From positions 222,826-286,825 of the forward strand of contig CAVUHV010000001.1 in the NCBI GenBank assembly GCA_963741395.1: a stretch of 64,000 bases of DNA, given 5' to 3'. A program made the position numbers and the translations under genes. Source of the DNA: an uncultured Acidobacteriaceae bacterium (GTDB lineage: Bacteria; Acidobacteriota; Terriglobia; Terriglobales; Acidobacteriaceae). Below are positions 50,355-60,494 of the stretch, piece by piece; position 1 is the stretch's first letter, and the number at the start of each line of letters is the position of its first letter. The notes beneath the pieces are model-generated. The model made no database searches and was not told the DNA's origin. It was given only the letters and a program-made list of their open reading frames with translations.

Positions 50355-53312
50355 ATGGCAAAGACACCAACCAAGCCCGCCGAAAACAGCACCGAAGCCA
50401 AGCCTCCCATCTACCTCCTCGACTCGATGGCCTTCATCTTCCGCGCCTACCACGCCATGCAGCGCCAGCGGCCCATGTCCACGCGCACCGGCATTCCGAC
50501 GGCGGCAACGTATGTCTTCGTCAACATGATCAACAAGCTGCGCAAGGATTTTCAGCCGCAGTATCTCGCCGCTGTCTACGACGTAGGCGCTCCAGTCCAT
50601 CGCAATGAACTGGCCACTCAGCTCAAGGACGTGCAGAAGTTCAACATCAAGACACAGCAGTTCGAGACCATCGAATACGGCGGCTACAAAGCGAACCGGA
50701 CCGAAACCCCACCCGACCTTATCCAGCAGCAGCCCTATATTCGCCGCGCCCTCGAAGCCTTCCGTATCCCCATCCTTTACTACGAAGGCTTCGAGGCCGA
50801 CGACGTCATCGGCACCCTCTCCTGCAAACTCGCGGCGCTAGGCCATCACGTCTACGTCGTCTCCTCCGACAAGGACATGATGCAGCTCGTCAATAAAGAC
50901 GTCAGCATACTCAATCCGACAAAGGACAACCTAATCCTCGATCCCGCCGGCGTCGAGGCTACGCTAGGTGTCCCGCCCCAGCGCGTCATCGACGTCATGG
51001 CGCTTCGCGGTGACTCCGTCGATAACATCCCCGGCGCTCCAGGTATCGGCGACAAAGGCTCCGTTGAGCTGATCCAGCAGTTCGGCTCCGTCGAGGGCGC
51101 GCTCGACCGCGCGGACGAGGTCAAGCGCAAAACCTATCGCGAGTCTCTGCAAAACAACCGCGACAATATTCTGCTTTCAAAAGAGCTTGTCACCATCCAC
51201 ACAGGCGTCCCAATCGACTTCTCTCTAGACGCGATGCGTACCCAGCCGCCGGACATCGCCGCATGCCGTGCGCTCTTCTCCGAGCTCGAGTTCACCACGC
51301 TGCTCAAGGAACTCGCTCCCGCCGTCGACAACACCGTCATCACCTACAACCTCAAACCCACTCCCAACGAGATCGCACAACTCCTCGGTCAGGCTCGCGA
51401 AATCGATCCCGCGACCAATCAGCCTAAAGGCCTTGCCATCGCGATCTTTGAAGACGCGCGGGCTATTGCAGAGGAGATCGCCGCCGAACCCTCCGATGAC
51501 ACTGCGGAGCCTGAACCACCCGCCGCCGAAAATATGTCTCTCTTCGGTACGGCGCCATCGCCTGCCGCGCCCGCGACTCGAAGCCCTGTCGACGATCCTG
51601 CGCGCAGGCTAGGCGTCGCCGTTACAGACTCCTTCGCGATCGAAGCTACGGTCGACTCACCGGGAATCAAGGAGGCACTTGCCGACTCGGCGCTACCCAA
51701 GGACGTCCACGATCTCAAAGCCATCCTCCGAGCTCTCGCTCCGCATCATCTCACTCTCGCCGGTGTGCGCAACGACGTCATGCTCCTCAGCTATCTCGTC
51801 AACCCCACCCACGGCTCGCACACCCTCCCCGACATCGCCGCACGCAGCACCAGCCGCGCACTCGTCCACCAGCCCACCAAAGAAAACCCCGCTGATCCCA
51901 ACCGCCTGCCCGAAGCTGCAGCCGCCATCGTCCGCCTCTCCGAGGCACTCCTCCCGCAGATCCTCGAATGCGGCCCCGTAGAGCACAACATCCCCGCCGA
52001 CCACCCCTCTCTCGGAGGAGCAGTCACTCGCGAGATGCTCTTCGGTTCACCCTCCGCGACTGCCAAAGAGACAACCGGTGCCTCCTCGCTCATGAACGTC
52101 TACGATATGATCGACCTCCCGCTCGTCTCTGTCCTCCTCCGCATGGAGCAAGCCGGCGTCCGCATCGACCCCGATTTCCTCCGCGGCATGTCGACACGCC
52201 TCATGGTCGAAATCGACAACCTCGCCGAGCGCATCTACGGCGAATCCGGCCATCGCTTCAACATCAACTCGCCCAAGCAACTCGGCGAAGTGCTCTTCAA
52301 CAAGATGCTCCTGCCCAAGCCGATGAAGTACGGCAAAGGCCGCGTCGTCTCCACCGCGCAGGACGTTCTCGAAGAGCTCGCCGAACACCACACCGTCCCG
52401 GCCCTCGTCCTTGAGTACAGACAGCTCTCCAAGCTCAAATCTACCTACCTCGATCAGCTCCCGCAGTTGGCCGACGAGCAGGGAAGAGTACACACCACCT
52501 TCAACCAGGTAGGCACGGCGACCGGGCGGCTCTCAAGCACCAATCCCAACCTGCAGAACATTCCAGTCCGCACAGCCGTCGGCCGCGAGATCCGCGCCGC
52601 ATTCATCGCAGCGCCCGGCAACCTCCTCATGTCTGCAGACTACTCGCAGATCGAGCTGCGCCTCATGGCCCACTTCTCGCAGGACCCGCTTCTGCTCGAC
52701 GCCTACCGCACCGGCAAGGACATCCACACCCTCACCGCTTCTGAGGTCTTCGGCGTCGACGCCGCCACGATGGACAAGGAGACCCGCAACCGCGCCAAGG
52801 CCGTCAACTTCGGTATCGTCTACGGTATCAGCCCCTTCGGTCTCGCCGCGCAACTTGGCATCGACCAGAAGACCGCCCGCCAGTATATTGAGCGCTACTT
52901 TGAGCGCTATTCCGGCGTCCAGCGCTTCATCGAGAAAATCCTTGAGACTGTCCGCCGCGAGCAGGCCGTGCGCACCTACTTCGGCCGCGTGCGCCCTATC
53001 CCCGACATTCAGTCGCGCAACCCCAACATGCGCGGCTTCGCGGAGCGCACCGCCGTCAACACGCCCCTGCAGGGCACAGCAGCCGACCTCATCAAACTCG
53101 CCATGCTCCGCATCGACGAAGAGATTACCCGTCGCAAGCTTCGCTCACGCATGATCCTTCAGGTCCACGACGAACTGCTCTTCGACGTTGCCCCACAAGA
53201 GTCAGAGGAACTGAAAGCGCTGGTGATCCATGAGATGGAGCATGTGGAAGAATTCTCCGTACCAATCGTCGCCGAGGTCGGAATCGGCCAGAACTGGCGG
53301 GATATCAAGTAG
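50355..53312 (+). CDS. polA: DNA polymerase I
   Basis: 5'-3' exonuclease (EADDVIG, DNIPG); polymerase motifs SADYSQIELR, KAVNFGIVYG, QVHDEL; start set at ATG 50355. Confidence 0.97.
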   Translation: MAKTPTKPAENSTEAKPPIYLLDSMAFIFRAYHAMQRQRPMSTRTGIPTAATYVFVNMINKLRKDFQPQYLAAVYDVGAPVHRNELATQLKDVQKFNIKTQQFETIEYGGYKANRTETPPDLIQQQPYIRRALEAFRIPILYYEGFEADDVIGTLSCKLAALGHHVYVVSSDKDMMQLVNKDVSILNPTKDNLILDPAGVEATLGVPPQRVIDVMALRGDSVDNIPGAPGIGDKGSVELIQQFGSVEGALDRADEVKRKTYRESLQNNRDNILLSKELVTIHTGVPIDFSLDAMRTQPPDIAACRALFSELEFTTLLKELAPAVDNTVITYNLKPTPNEIAQLLGQAREIDPATNQPKGLAIAIFEDARAIAEEIAAEPSDDTAEPEPPAAENMSLFGTAPSPAAPATRSPVDDPARRLGVAVTDSFAIEATVDSPGIKEALADSALPKDVHDLKAILRALAPHHLTLAGVRNDVMLLSYLVNPTHGSHTLPDIAARSTSRALVHQPTKENPADPNRLPEAAAAIVRLSEALLPQILECGPVEHNIPADHPSLGGAVTREMLFGSPSATAKETTGASSLMNVYDMIDLPLVSVLLRMEQAGVRIDPDFLRGMSTRLMVEIDNLAERIYGESGHRFNINSPKQLGEVLFNKMLLPKPMKYGKGRVVSTAQDVLEELAEHHTVPALVLEYRQLSKLKSTYLDQLPQLADEQGRVHTTFNQVGTATGRLSSTNPNLQNIPVRTAVGREIRAAFIAAPGNLLMSADYSQIELRLMAHFSQDPLLLDAYRTGKDIHTLTASEVFGVDAATMDKETRNRAKAVNFGIVYGISPFGLAAQLGIDQKTARQYIERYFERYSGVQRFIEKILETVRREQAVRTYFGRVRPIPDIQSRNPNMRGFAERTAVNTPLQGTAADLIKLAMLRIDEEITRRKLRSRMILQVHDELLFDVAPQESEELKALVIHEMEHVEEFSVPIVAEVGIGQNWRDIK

Positions 53313-53471
53313 CTGCGCACAGCTGCACAAGGCTAATTACGTCGAAAACACTGCCTTTGCCGCGGAAAAGGAGGGCCCTGCACCCGCTTTGCCTGGGTAA
53401 CTGATAAACTAAGAATTCTGCGCGCACCTTCGCGCAAACCCTCGCTACGAATCGAAGGAAGACCGGAACCA

Positions 53472-54200
53472 GTGGATCAGCAAACCCGCCAAGCACTCAA
53501 GCACGATCAGTTCGTTGACTCAACCGCCCATGGCCTCGAGTGGGCCAGCGAGCATCGCCGTTCCCTCATCATGGCCGGCAGCATCGCGCTCGCGGTGATC
53601 GTCCTTATCGTTGTAGCCGCGCTTGTGTATAACAGCCGCTCCGATCAGGCTGCGGTCGCCTTTGGCGAAGCGATGCAGACCTATCAGACCCCGCTCGCGC
53701 AGCCCGGTGAACCTGTACCTCCCGGTGTCAAGACCTTCCCGTCTTCCGCTGACCGCGCCAAGGCCGCCAACCAGCTCTTCATGCAGGTTGCAGACCGCTA
53801 CGGCATGACCCCGAGCGGTAAGCTCGCCCGATACTTCGGTGGCCTCACCTACCTCGATGAAGGCCAGAACGCTTCGGCCGAGAGCACGCTCAAGCAGGTC
53901 TCCAGCAGCTGGGACCGCGATCTCTCCTCGCTCGCCAAGCTTGCCCTCGCGCATCTGTATCGGCAGACCGGTCGCAATCAGCAGGCGATTGACCTCTACA
54001 ACGAGCTCGCCGCCAAACCCTCCAGCACAGTGCCCGCCGGAACTGCTCAGCTCCAGCTCGCCGAGCTTTACGAGAGCCAGAATCAGCCCGAGTTGGCGAA
54101 GAAGATCTACGCGCAGCTTAAGGACAAGGACGCGAAAGGCCCTGCCGGCATGATCGCCGCACAGAAGCTGAATCCGTCACCCTCCGGTCCGGCCTTCTAA
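53472..54200 (+). CDS. YfgM-like membrane-anchored TPR protein
   Basis: One N-terminal TM helix followed by TPR-like helices. Confidence 0.75.
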   Translation: MDQQTRQALKHDQFVDSTAHGLEWASEHRRSLIMAGSIALAVIVLIVVAALVYNSRSDQAAVAFGEAMQTYQTPLAQPGEPVPPGVKTFPSSADRAKAANQLFMQVADRYGMTPSGKLARYFGGLTYLDEGQNASAESTLKQVSSSWDRDLSSLAKLALAHLYRQTGRNQQAIDLYNELAAKPSSTVPAGTAQLQLAELYESQNQPELAKKIYAQLKDKDAKGPAGMIAAQKLNPSPSGPAF

Positions 54201-54215
54201 TCTGCAGGTAAGCCT

Positions 54216-55400
54216 CTAGTGGTCGTGGTGGGTGTCATTCAGATAGGCCGCCGCGCGGCTACTCAGCGCCTCGGTCTCTGAACGCAGCTTCGTTAGAACA
54301 CTCCACTGGTCCTTCTCCTTCATTTTGGGAACCCATGCCGGCAGCGGCATCCTCAGGTAGTCGGAGAGTGCGCCGGCATGCTTCTCATAAAGCTCCCTGA
54401 TCGTATTCAGCCGTCGTGCGGAACCATCGTCACGGCACAGTTTCAGGTGCATCTCTCCCAGTGCGCTGCAAAGCCGGTCGAAGTCCGCAGGAGGTAGCCT
54501 GTCCTTGCCTTCCTGCAGCTTCCATTCTGCTTGCTCCTGCACGTGGAAGACTTGGCCAAGATCGATTAACGCGTGGCGCGCCATCACAAAGGTCAGTTGT
54601 GCCTGCCTTGACGGCGCCCCCTCGATAATCGAGATAAGCAGTGCGCAGGTATCCAGAATGGCTGTCAGAGCCGCGAGCCAGCTCTGGTTGTCGTGCTGCG
54701 AGCGGTAATAGCAGAGAATGGGGTACGAGATATGCGACTCCAGTATCTCGGCGGACCAGCGTTCCCACTCGGCGAGCAGCTCCGTCAGCGCCTCTTCGCC
54801 GCCCTCGAAGCTGTGTCTGCGTAGCAGTTCGGCTGCCGTCGGCGGGGAACCCGCACGAGCATCGAGCAGTACGATGCTCACCTCACGCCGTGAAAATGCC
54901 TGATACAGCACCGGCAGATAGCCGATAACCAGCGCCACAAACCCAAGCCCGACTCCGGACTCGAGGATAATCAGACCACGCGGCGGGACGCTATGCGGCA
55001 CCACGTCTCCCAGACCCAGGGTAAACAGTGTCGTTCCGCTGACATAGAGGTCCATCTCGTATTCACTAATTCCCCTCGCCAGGTGTGTCCCCAGCACATC
55101 GGTAAACGGTGACCCCAGCGCAAAATAGAGGAAGCTGAAGCCGAATATCAGCAACATACCCCACAGCAGCAACAGCAGCAGAAGCGATAACGGGCCATAG
55201 ATACTGTAGATCTGCTCTCTAGCCTTTGCGTTGCGCGTTCGCTCTGCCATGGCCGCCCACGGGGCCCAGGTCGCGATGAAGAACAGCCGCGTGATGCTGA
55301 ACCGCCCTGTCGGCCGCCGCGGCAGAACAATCGCCTGGAACGCGTCGACAAAGACGCCCAGGCAACAAACTAATCCCGCAATGAATGCAGCAACATGCAC
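54216..55400 (-). CDS. Potassium channel-family protein (Ion_trans_2-like)
   Basis: TM helices around YVSGTTLFTLGLGD pore loop. Confidence 0.8.
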   Translation of the reverse strand: MHVAAFIAGLVCCLGVFVDAFQAIVLPRRPTGRFSITRLFFIATWAPWAAMAERTRNAKAREQIYSIYGPLSLLLLLLLWGMLLIFGFSFLYFALGSPFTDVLGTHLARGISEYEMDLYVSGTTLFTLGLGDVVPHSVPPRGLIILESGVGLGFVALVIGYLPVLYQAFSRREVSIVLLDARAGSPPTAAELLRRHSFEGGEEALTELLAEWERWSAEILESHISYPILCYYRSQHDNQSWLAALTAILDTCALLISIIEGAPSRQAQLTFVMARHALIDLGQVFHVQEQAEWKLQEGKDRLPPADFDRLCSALGEMHLKLCRDDGSARRLNTIRELYEKHAGALSDYLRMPLPAWVPKMKEKDQWSVLTKLRSETEALSSRAAAYLNDTHHDH

Positions 55401-55641
55401 TTGTTGAATGCCTCAATCCGAATGATGGATTCGTTCGTCAACCTTACCAGAGCCAACGATTTTCAGTTTCCTGCGTCTCTCAATCGAGATCGAGGAACAT
55501 AGTCAGATTCAATTCGCCCCGAATTCGATTTCGAAGCGACGAAATTCGATTTGATTTCATTGGACAGCCATCCGTTGCCAGCCTAAGCTTCTCTCAAGTC
55601 GCCGTTTTGGAATCTTGATTGCTTCACAGGAAGGAAGTCCT

Positions 55642-56013
55642 ATGCAGCGCGTCCTCGTAGTCGACGACGATCGTCTGGTCGCCGACACCCTCGCACTCAT
55701 CTTCCAGAAGAACGGTTTCGATGCCAGGACTGCCTACCGCGCGGACGAGGCTCTCCTTTGCGCTCGCGAGTTTACCCCCCACCTCATGCTCTGCGATATC
55801 ACGATGCCCGGCCGCGATGGCCTCTCCCTTGTGAACGACATCTCCCGCGAGCTTCCCGGGTGCCGCATCATTGTGCTAACTGGCTTTTATTCCAACTTAA
55901 AACCGGTGCGCGATCAGGCGAACAAATTATCGAGGCCCGTCGGAATTCTGACGAAGCCCTGTCAGCCTGCCGAGCTTCTGCGCCAGGCGAATGCCTTGCT
56001 CGCCAGCGCTTGA
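55642..56013 (+). CDS. Single-domain response regulator
   Basis: VLVVDDD, LCDITMPGRDG, LTG, LTKP. Confidence 0.9.
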   Translation: MQRVLVVDDDRLVADTLALIFQKNGFDARTAYRADEALLCAREFTPHLMLCDITMPGRDGLSLVNDISRELPGCRIIVLTGFYSNLKPVRDQANKLSRPVGILTKPCQPAELLRQANALLASA

Positions 56014-56022
56014 GCTTCCCTC

Positions 56023-56247
56023 ATGTCCAGTTTCGGCCGCCTCCTGATATTTCTGGGATTCGTCCTCATCGGCCTTGGAATCCTCGCAGTAGTCCTCGGC
56101 CGATTCAACATACCTTTGGGCCGTCTTCCCGGAGATTTCAGATGGCGAGGCAAGGGCTGGAGCATCTCGTTTCCGCTGGCGACCTCGATTCTTCTCAGCG
56201 TCCTTCTGAGCCTCATCTTCTGGGCCATCAGTCGCTTCCATCGCTAG
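56023..56247 (+). CDS. DUF2905 membrane protein
   Basis: LGRLPGD...FPLATSILLS. Confidence 0.85.
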   Translation: MSSFGRLLIFLGFVLIGLGILAVVLGRFNIPLGRLPGDFRWRGKGWSISFPLATSILLSVLLSLIFWAISRFHR

Positions 56248-56286
56248 GCCAAAAACTCCGCCTCCATCCTGCTAGACTCAGGCGGT

Positions 56287-57840
56287 ATGCCCTCGAAGGG
56301 AGAGAATCCGCCGACGCTGGCCAGCCTGCGCTCCCGCCGCGGCCGCAAACGCCTTGCGTCGCAAAGCCCGTCGCCCATATCTTCAGAACTCCAGATAGAT
56401 CTCCTCTTTCAAAACCCCGAGCCGCAAGAACCTCTTCCCCCTCCGCCGCCTGATTCGGCGATCAGCGCACCGGCCGCATCCCTGCCGACCGAGCGGCGCA
56501 TCTGGACCGTAGCCGACCTCGTCAGCCAGATCCGCCAGCACGTCGAGACCACTTACACCGATCTCTGGGTCGAGGGGGAGATCTCCAACTGCCGCCCTGC
56601 TCCCTCCGGCCATGTCTACTTCACTCTCAAGGACGGCGACGCACAGCTGCTCGTCGTTCTCTTCCGTCGCCAGGCCCAGCTCCTGCGCTTCCGGCCCGCC
56701 GACGGCCTTGCGGTGCTTGTGCGCGGGCGCATCTCCGTCTACGAAGCCCGCGGTCAGCTCCAACTCATCGCCGAGACCCTTGAGCCTCGCGGCGCCGGCG
56801 CCCTCCAGCTAGCCTTCGAGCAGCTCAAAGCGCGCCTCCTCGCCGAGGGACTCTTCGACGCTTCGCGCAAACGTCCGCTTCCGGCCTTCCCCCATTGCGT
56901 CGGCATCGTCACCTCGCCTGCCGGAGCCGTCATCCGCGACATCGTCACCATCATTCGCCGCCGCCACGCGCGTCTCAACCTGCTGGTATACCCCGCGGCG
57001 GTGCAGGGAAGCGGCTCTGCTGAATCTGTGGCAAAGGGCATCCGCTGGTTCAACCGGCATCGCTCGCTCGCAGACGTGATCGTTCTCGCCCGTGGAGGCG
57101 GGTCCATGGAGGACCTCGCCGCCTTCAACGACGAGTCTCTCGCTCGCGTCATCGCCGCCTCCAGCGTGCCTGTGGTCTCCGCGATCGGCCACGAGACGGA
57201 CTTCACCATAGCCGACTTCGTCGCCGACCTGCGCGCCCCGACCCCCTCAGCCGCCGCCGAAATCATCACCTCGATGCAACACCGCGTCGAGGAGCGCATC
57301 GACGCTCTCGACCTCCGCGCTCGTCGCGCCATCGACTTCCGCATCCTTCAAGCCCAGCGTCACTACACGCGCCTCTCGGCCGAGTCTGTCCTGCTGCGGC
57401 TCCGCGACTCCATCGGCCGCCGTCTCCAACGCATCGACGAGCTCGATCTCCGCCGCGACGCTGCCATCCAGCGCCGCCTCCGGGCATCATCGCTGCGTTT
57501 CGCCGCGCTCACCGACCGTCTCCGCCGCCAGGACGTCTCGCTCCGCATCGCCGCCACGCGGCACCGTCTCGAGCGAGTCATCGGCCGCCTCGAGCGTGTC
57601 TCGCTGCAATTTACGGCCGATCCCCGCAGCCGTCTTCAATCCGCAACAGCTCGCCTGCAGGCGCTATCACCTTTGAGCGTGCTGGGCCGCGGATACGCAC
57701 TCGTCTACGCCGCCGACGGAACCCTTCTGCGCTCGGCAGATGAAACCGCTGCAGGACAAACCATTCGCGCTCGCCTGTCCCAGGGCAGCATAGAAGCGCG
57801 AGTCACGGACACCAAACCAACGGAGAACAGCAACTCATGA
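56287..57840 (+). CDS. xseA: Exodeoxyribonuclease VII large subunit
   Basis: WVEGEISN, GHVYFTLKD, ARGGGSMEDL, GHETD, APTPSAAAE. Confidence 0.96.
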   Translation: MPSKGENPPTLASLRSRRGRKRLASQSPSPISSELQIDLLFQNPEPQEPLPPPPPDSAISAPAASLPTERRIWTVADLVSQIRQHVETTYTDLWVEGEISNCRPAPSGHVYFTLKDGDAQLLVVLFRRQAQLLRFRPADGLAVLVRGRISVYEARGQLQLIAETLEPRGAGALQLAFEQLKARLLAEGLFDASRKRPLPAFPHCVGIVTSPAGAVIRDIVTIIRRRHARLNLLVYPAAVQGSGSAESVAKGIRWFNRHRSLADVIVLARGGGSMEDLAAFNDESLARVIAASSVPVVSAIGHETDFTIADFVADLRAPTPSAAAEIITSMQHRVEERIDALDLRARRAIDFRILQAQRHYTRLSAESVLLRLRDSIGRRLQRIDELDLRRDAAIQRRLRASSLRFAALTDRLRRQDVSLRIAATRHRLERVIGRLERVSLQFTADPRSRLQSATARLQALSPLSVLGRGYALVYAADGTLLRSADETAAGQTIRARLSQGSIEARVTDTKPTENSNS

Positions 57841-59189
57841 AGAAGCTCTTCGGAACCGACGGAATCCGAGCCGTCGCCGGACAATATCCTCTCGATCGAT
57901 CAACCATCTACGCAATCGGCACAGCGCTGGCGCACTCACTCGTGGCGACCGTCGCCCAATCACCGCGCGTCCTGTTGGGCATGGACACGCGCGAGTCAAG
58001 TGCATGGATAGCCGCCACGCTCACCGCCGGCCTGACAGCAGGAGGAGCTTCGGTTGAGAGCGCCGGTGTCATTACCACTCCCGCGATCGCCTTCCTCACA
58101 CGTGTGCACAGCTTCTCCGCTGGCGTCGTCATCTCCGCCTCGCACAATCCCTGGGAAGACAATGGCATTAAAGTCTTCGGCGCTGATGGCTACAAGCTGC
58201 CCGACGCAACCGAGATCGCCATCGAAGAAGAGATCCTCCGGCTGCTCGAATCCCCTTCGGCCACAGCACCCTCCGACAAGACCGCCCCGCCCGTCAATGA
58301 GGCAGACCGCGCCGAATACATCCGATTCCTCCGCTCCGCTGTGCCCGATCTTTCTCTCGATGGCCGCCGCATCGTCATCGACTGCGCGAACGGCGCCGCT
58401 TCCGCCGTAGCCCCCGAGCTATTTACGGGCCTCGGCGGCGAAGTCATCATCACGCACGCCAGCCCCAATGGCCGCAACATCAACGAGCACTGCGGAGCCC
58501 TCCATCCCGAGATCGTCGCAGGAGCCGTCCGTCACCACGCTGCCTCAATGGGCATCACCTTCGACGGCGACGCTGACCGATCGCTCTTCGCAGACGAGCA
58601 CAGCCGTATCGTCAACGGCGATGCCGTGCTCCTTTTAGCCGCGCGAGACCTGCAGGCTCGCGGCCTGCTCGCCAATTCCACTGTTGTCGCCACTACCATG
58701 TCCAACATGGGCCTCGAAGCCGCGCTCAAGCGTAGCGGAATCCAAATGCTCCGGGCTCCCGTCGGCGACAAGTACGTCCTCGAGCAGATGCAGGCCACCG
58801 GCGCGGCATTGGGCGGCGAGCAGTCCGGCCACATCATCTTCTCCGGCCGCAGCACCACCGGCGACGGCCTCCTTACCGCGCTTCTCCTGCTTGACATCGT
58901 CCATCGTAACGGCAAGGCTCTCGCCGAACTCGTCGCCGATCTCAAGGTCTTTCCGCAAGTCATCGTCAATGTCAAGGTCCGCGAGAAGAAGCCGCTCGAC
59001 GGCATCCCCTCAGTCGCCGCTGCCATTGCTGCTGCTGAACGGGAGCTCGCCGACTCAGGCCGGGTCGTTATCCGCTATTCCGGCACCGAGGCCTTGGCGC
59101 GCGTCATGATCGAGGCCGAGTCCGAGCTGCTCATGCGCCACCACGCCGAGACGATCGCCGGCGCCATCCGCGCAGAGTTAGGAATTTAG
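57837..59189 (+). CDS. glmM: Phosphoglucosamine mutase
   Basis: LFGTDGIR, ISASHNP, FDGDADR, GGEQSGH, RYSGTE. Confidence 0.95.
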   Translation: MKKLFGTDGIRAVAGQYPLDRSTIYAIGTALAHSLVATVAQSPRVLLGMDTRESSAWIAATLTAGLTAGGASVESAGVITTPAIAFLTRVHSFSAGVVISASHNPWEDNGIKVFGADGYKLPDATEIAIEEEILRLLESPSATAPSDKTAPPVNEADRAEYIRFLRSAVPDLSLDGRRIVIDCANGAASAVAPELFTGLGGEVIITHASPNGRNINEHCGALHPEIVAGAVRHHAASMGITFDGDADRSLFADEHSRIVNGDAVLLLAARDLQARGLLANSTVVATTMSNMGLEAALKRSGIQMLRAPVGDKYVLEQMQATGAALGGEQSGHIIFSGRSTTGDGLLTALLLLDIVHRNGKALAELVADLKVFPQVIVNVKVREKKPLDGIPSVAAAIAAAERELADSGRVVIRYSGTEALARVMIEAESELLMRHHAETIAGAIRAELGI

Positions 59190-59192
59190 CCT

Positions 59193-60494
59193 TCACCGAT
59201 GGTGGTGCAGGTTTTTCGAAGACCGCAGTGCCACCATCGCCAGCACACAGATCACCGCCAGCAGCGCTATCCACACCAGGTCCGGGTAGCGCTCAGTCAG
59301 CGGACGCGTATCCGGACGTGAAACATACGCTGGATTAGGCCGCTCAGGCTCGAGCTTCACCATGCGGGTCTGCGCGGCTGAAGAAAAGATTCGTCCATAG
59401 TCGTACTCCGGAGCCTCCAGCGCCGAATCGCCGTAGTAGACCGTATAGTTGCCGGCTTCCGGTGCATCAAAGCACACCCGCCGCTCCCGCATCTCCAACC
59501 GCACAGCACTGATCGGTAGTGGAGCATCGTCTCCATTGTTGACCGTGACCACAACACTCGCCGGCCCTTGTAGGTTCGACCCTAGAGTTGCCGGAACGCT
59601 CAACTGCTCCTGGCGAATCTCTCGGCCGGCCTGTTTGAGATGCACACGCATGATCGTGCCGCCGAGCGTCTCGCTGGCCGAATCCGGCGCGCCCTCAGGA
59701 CGATCCGAGATTCCAACATCACGGCTGAAGTTCCCCTTGAACGAAGGCGCGAGTTCGAACATGACACGCTCCACCGGCACACGCTCTGGCAAGGCGAGGC
59801 TGGCAACACTCTCGCGCCCGCGCTGCGCGATCGCATTCGTCTGTGCAGCCATCGCGAACAGCGACTGCGCCTCCCGGCTCGGCGGAACGGTAGCTCCCTT
59901 CACCATCTGTGGGGTCGCGACGAAAGGATGACTCGTTGTCGCCGGCGACACCGTAAGATCCACATGCAGATACGGGAAACTCGACTCCTGCAGGTGCAGC
60001 GTCGCGCTGTGTGAGAGATGCTGCGAAGTCAGGTCAAAGAGAGTGAACTCACCTAACCGCGTAGGCGAAGTCGCATTCGGGGCAGTGCTCCCCGAAACAG
60101 TCGCGGTCGCTAGATAATCACGTCCATCAAGATCGAGCGTGACATCGGTGTACGGTCGCGCAGGCATTGCAAGGTCAAAGACGATTGTGTGTCCTCGCTG
60201 CCCGAGATTAAGAACCTCGGCCGGCTCGCTGTCAGGCTGAGCCGGCTGACTCAACGTAGTCGCGTAAGGAATATCTCGCGCTCCCTGAACCCCGGCAGGA
60301 TAAATCCGAAGGTCCTTCAGTGCAGGGGCGGCATGCGCGTAAGCCGATGCGTCGAGAACAGCGCACGTCTGTCCTGCCTCCGGAACGCTGACATTTCGTG
60401 CGAAGCGAAAATATCGCTGCTCGGCGGTCTGAACCGTAGCGACGGGAGCGACAGCCTGCCACAACAGAAGTGCCAAGGATAGTAAAAGCTTCAC
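59193..60494 (-). CDS. DUF3999-like exported protein with C-terminal TM helix
   Basis: Signal peptide, NGDDAPL motif, C-terminal LVWIALLAV; overlaps the DUF2339 gene. Confidence 0.75.
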   Translation of the reverse strand: MKLLLSLALLLWQAVAPVATVQTAEQRYFRFARNVSVPEAGQTCAVLDASAYAHAAPALKDLRIYPAGVQGARDIPYATTLSQPAQPDSEPAEVLNLGQRGHTIVFDLAMPARPYTDVTLDLDGRDYLATATVSGSTAPNATSPTRLGEFTLFDLTSQHLSHSATLHLQESSFPYLHVDLTVSPATTSHPFVATPQMVKGATVPPSREAQSLFAMAAQTNAIAQRGRESVASLALPERVPVERVMFELAPSFKGNFSRDVGISDRPEGAPDSASETLGGTIMRVHLKQAGREIRQEQLSVPATLGSNLQGPASVVVTVNNGDDAPLPISAVRLEMRERRVCFDAPEAGNYTVYYGDSALEAPEYDYGRIFSSAAQTRMVKLEPERPNPAYVSRPDTRPLTERYPDLVWIALLAVICVLAMVALRSSKNLHHHR

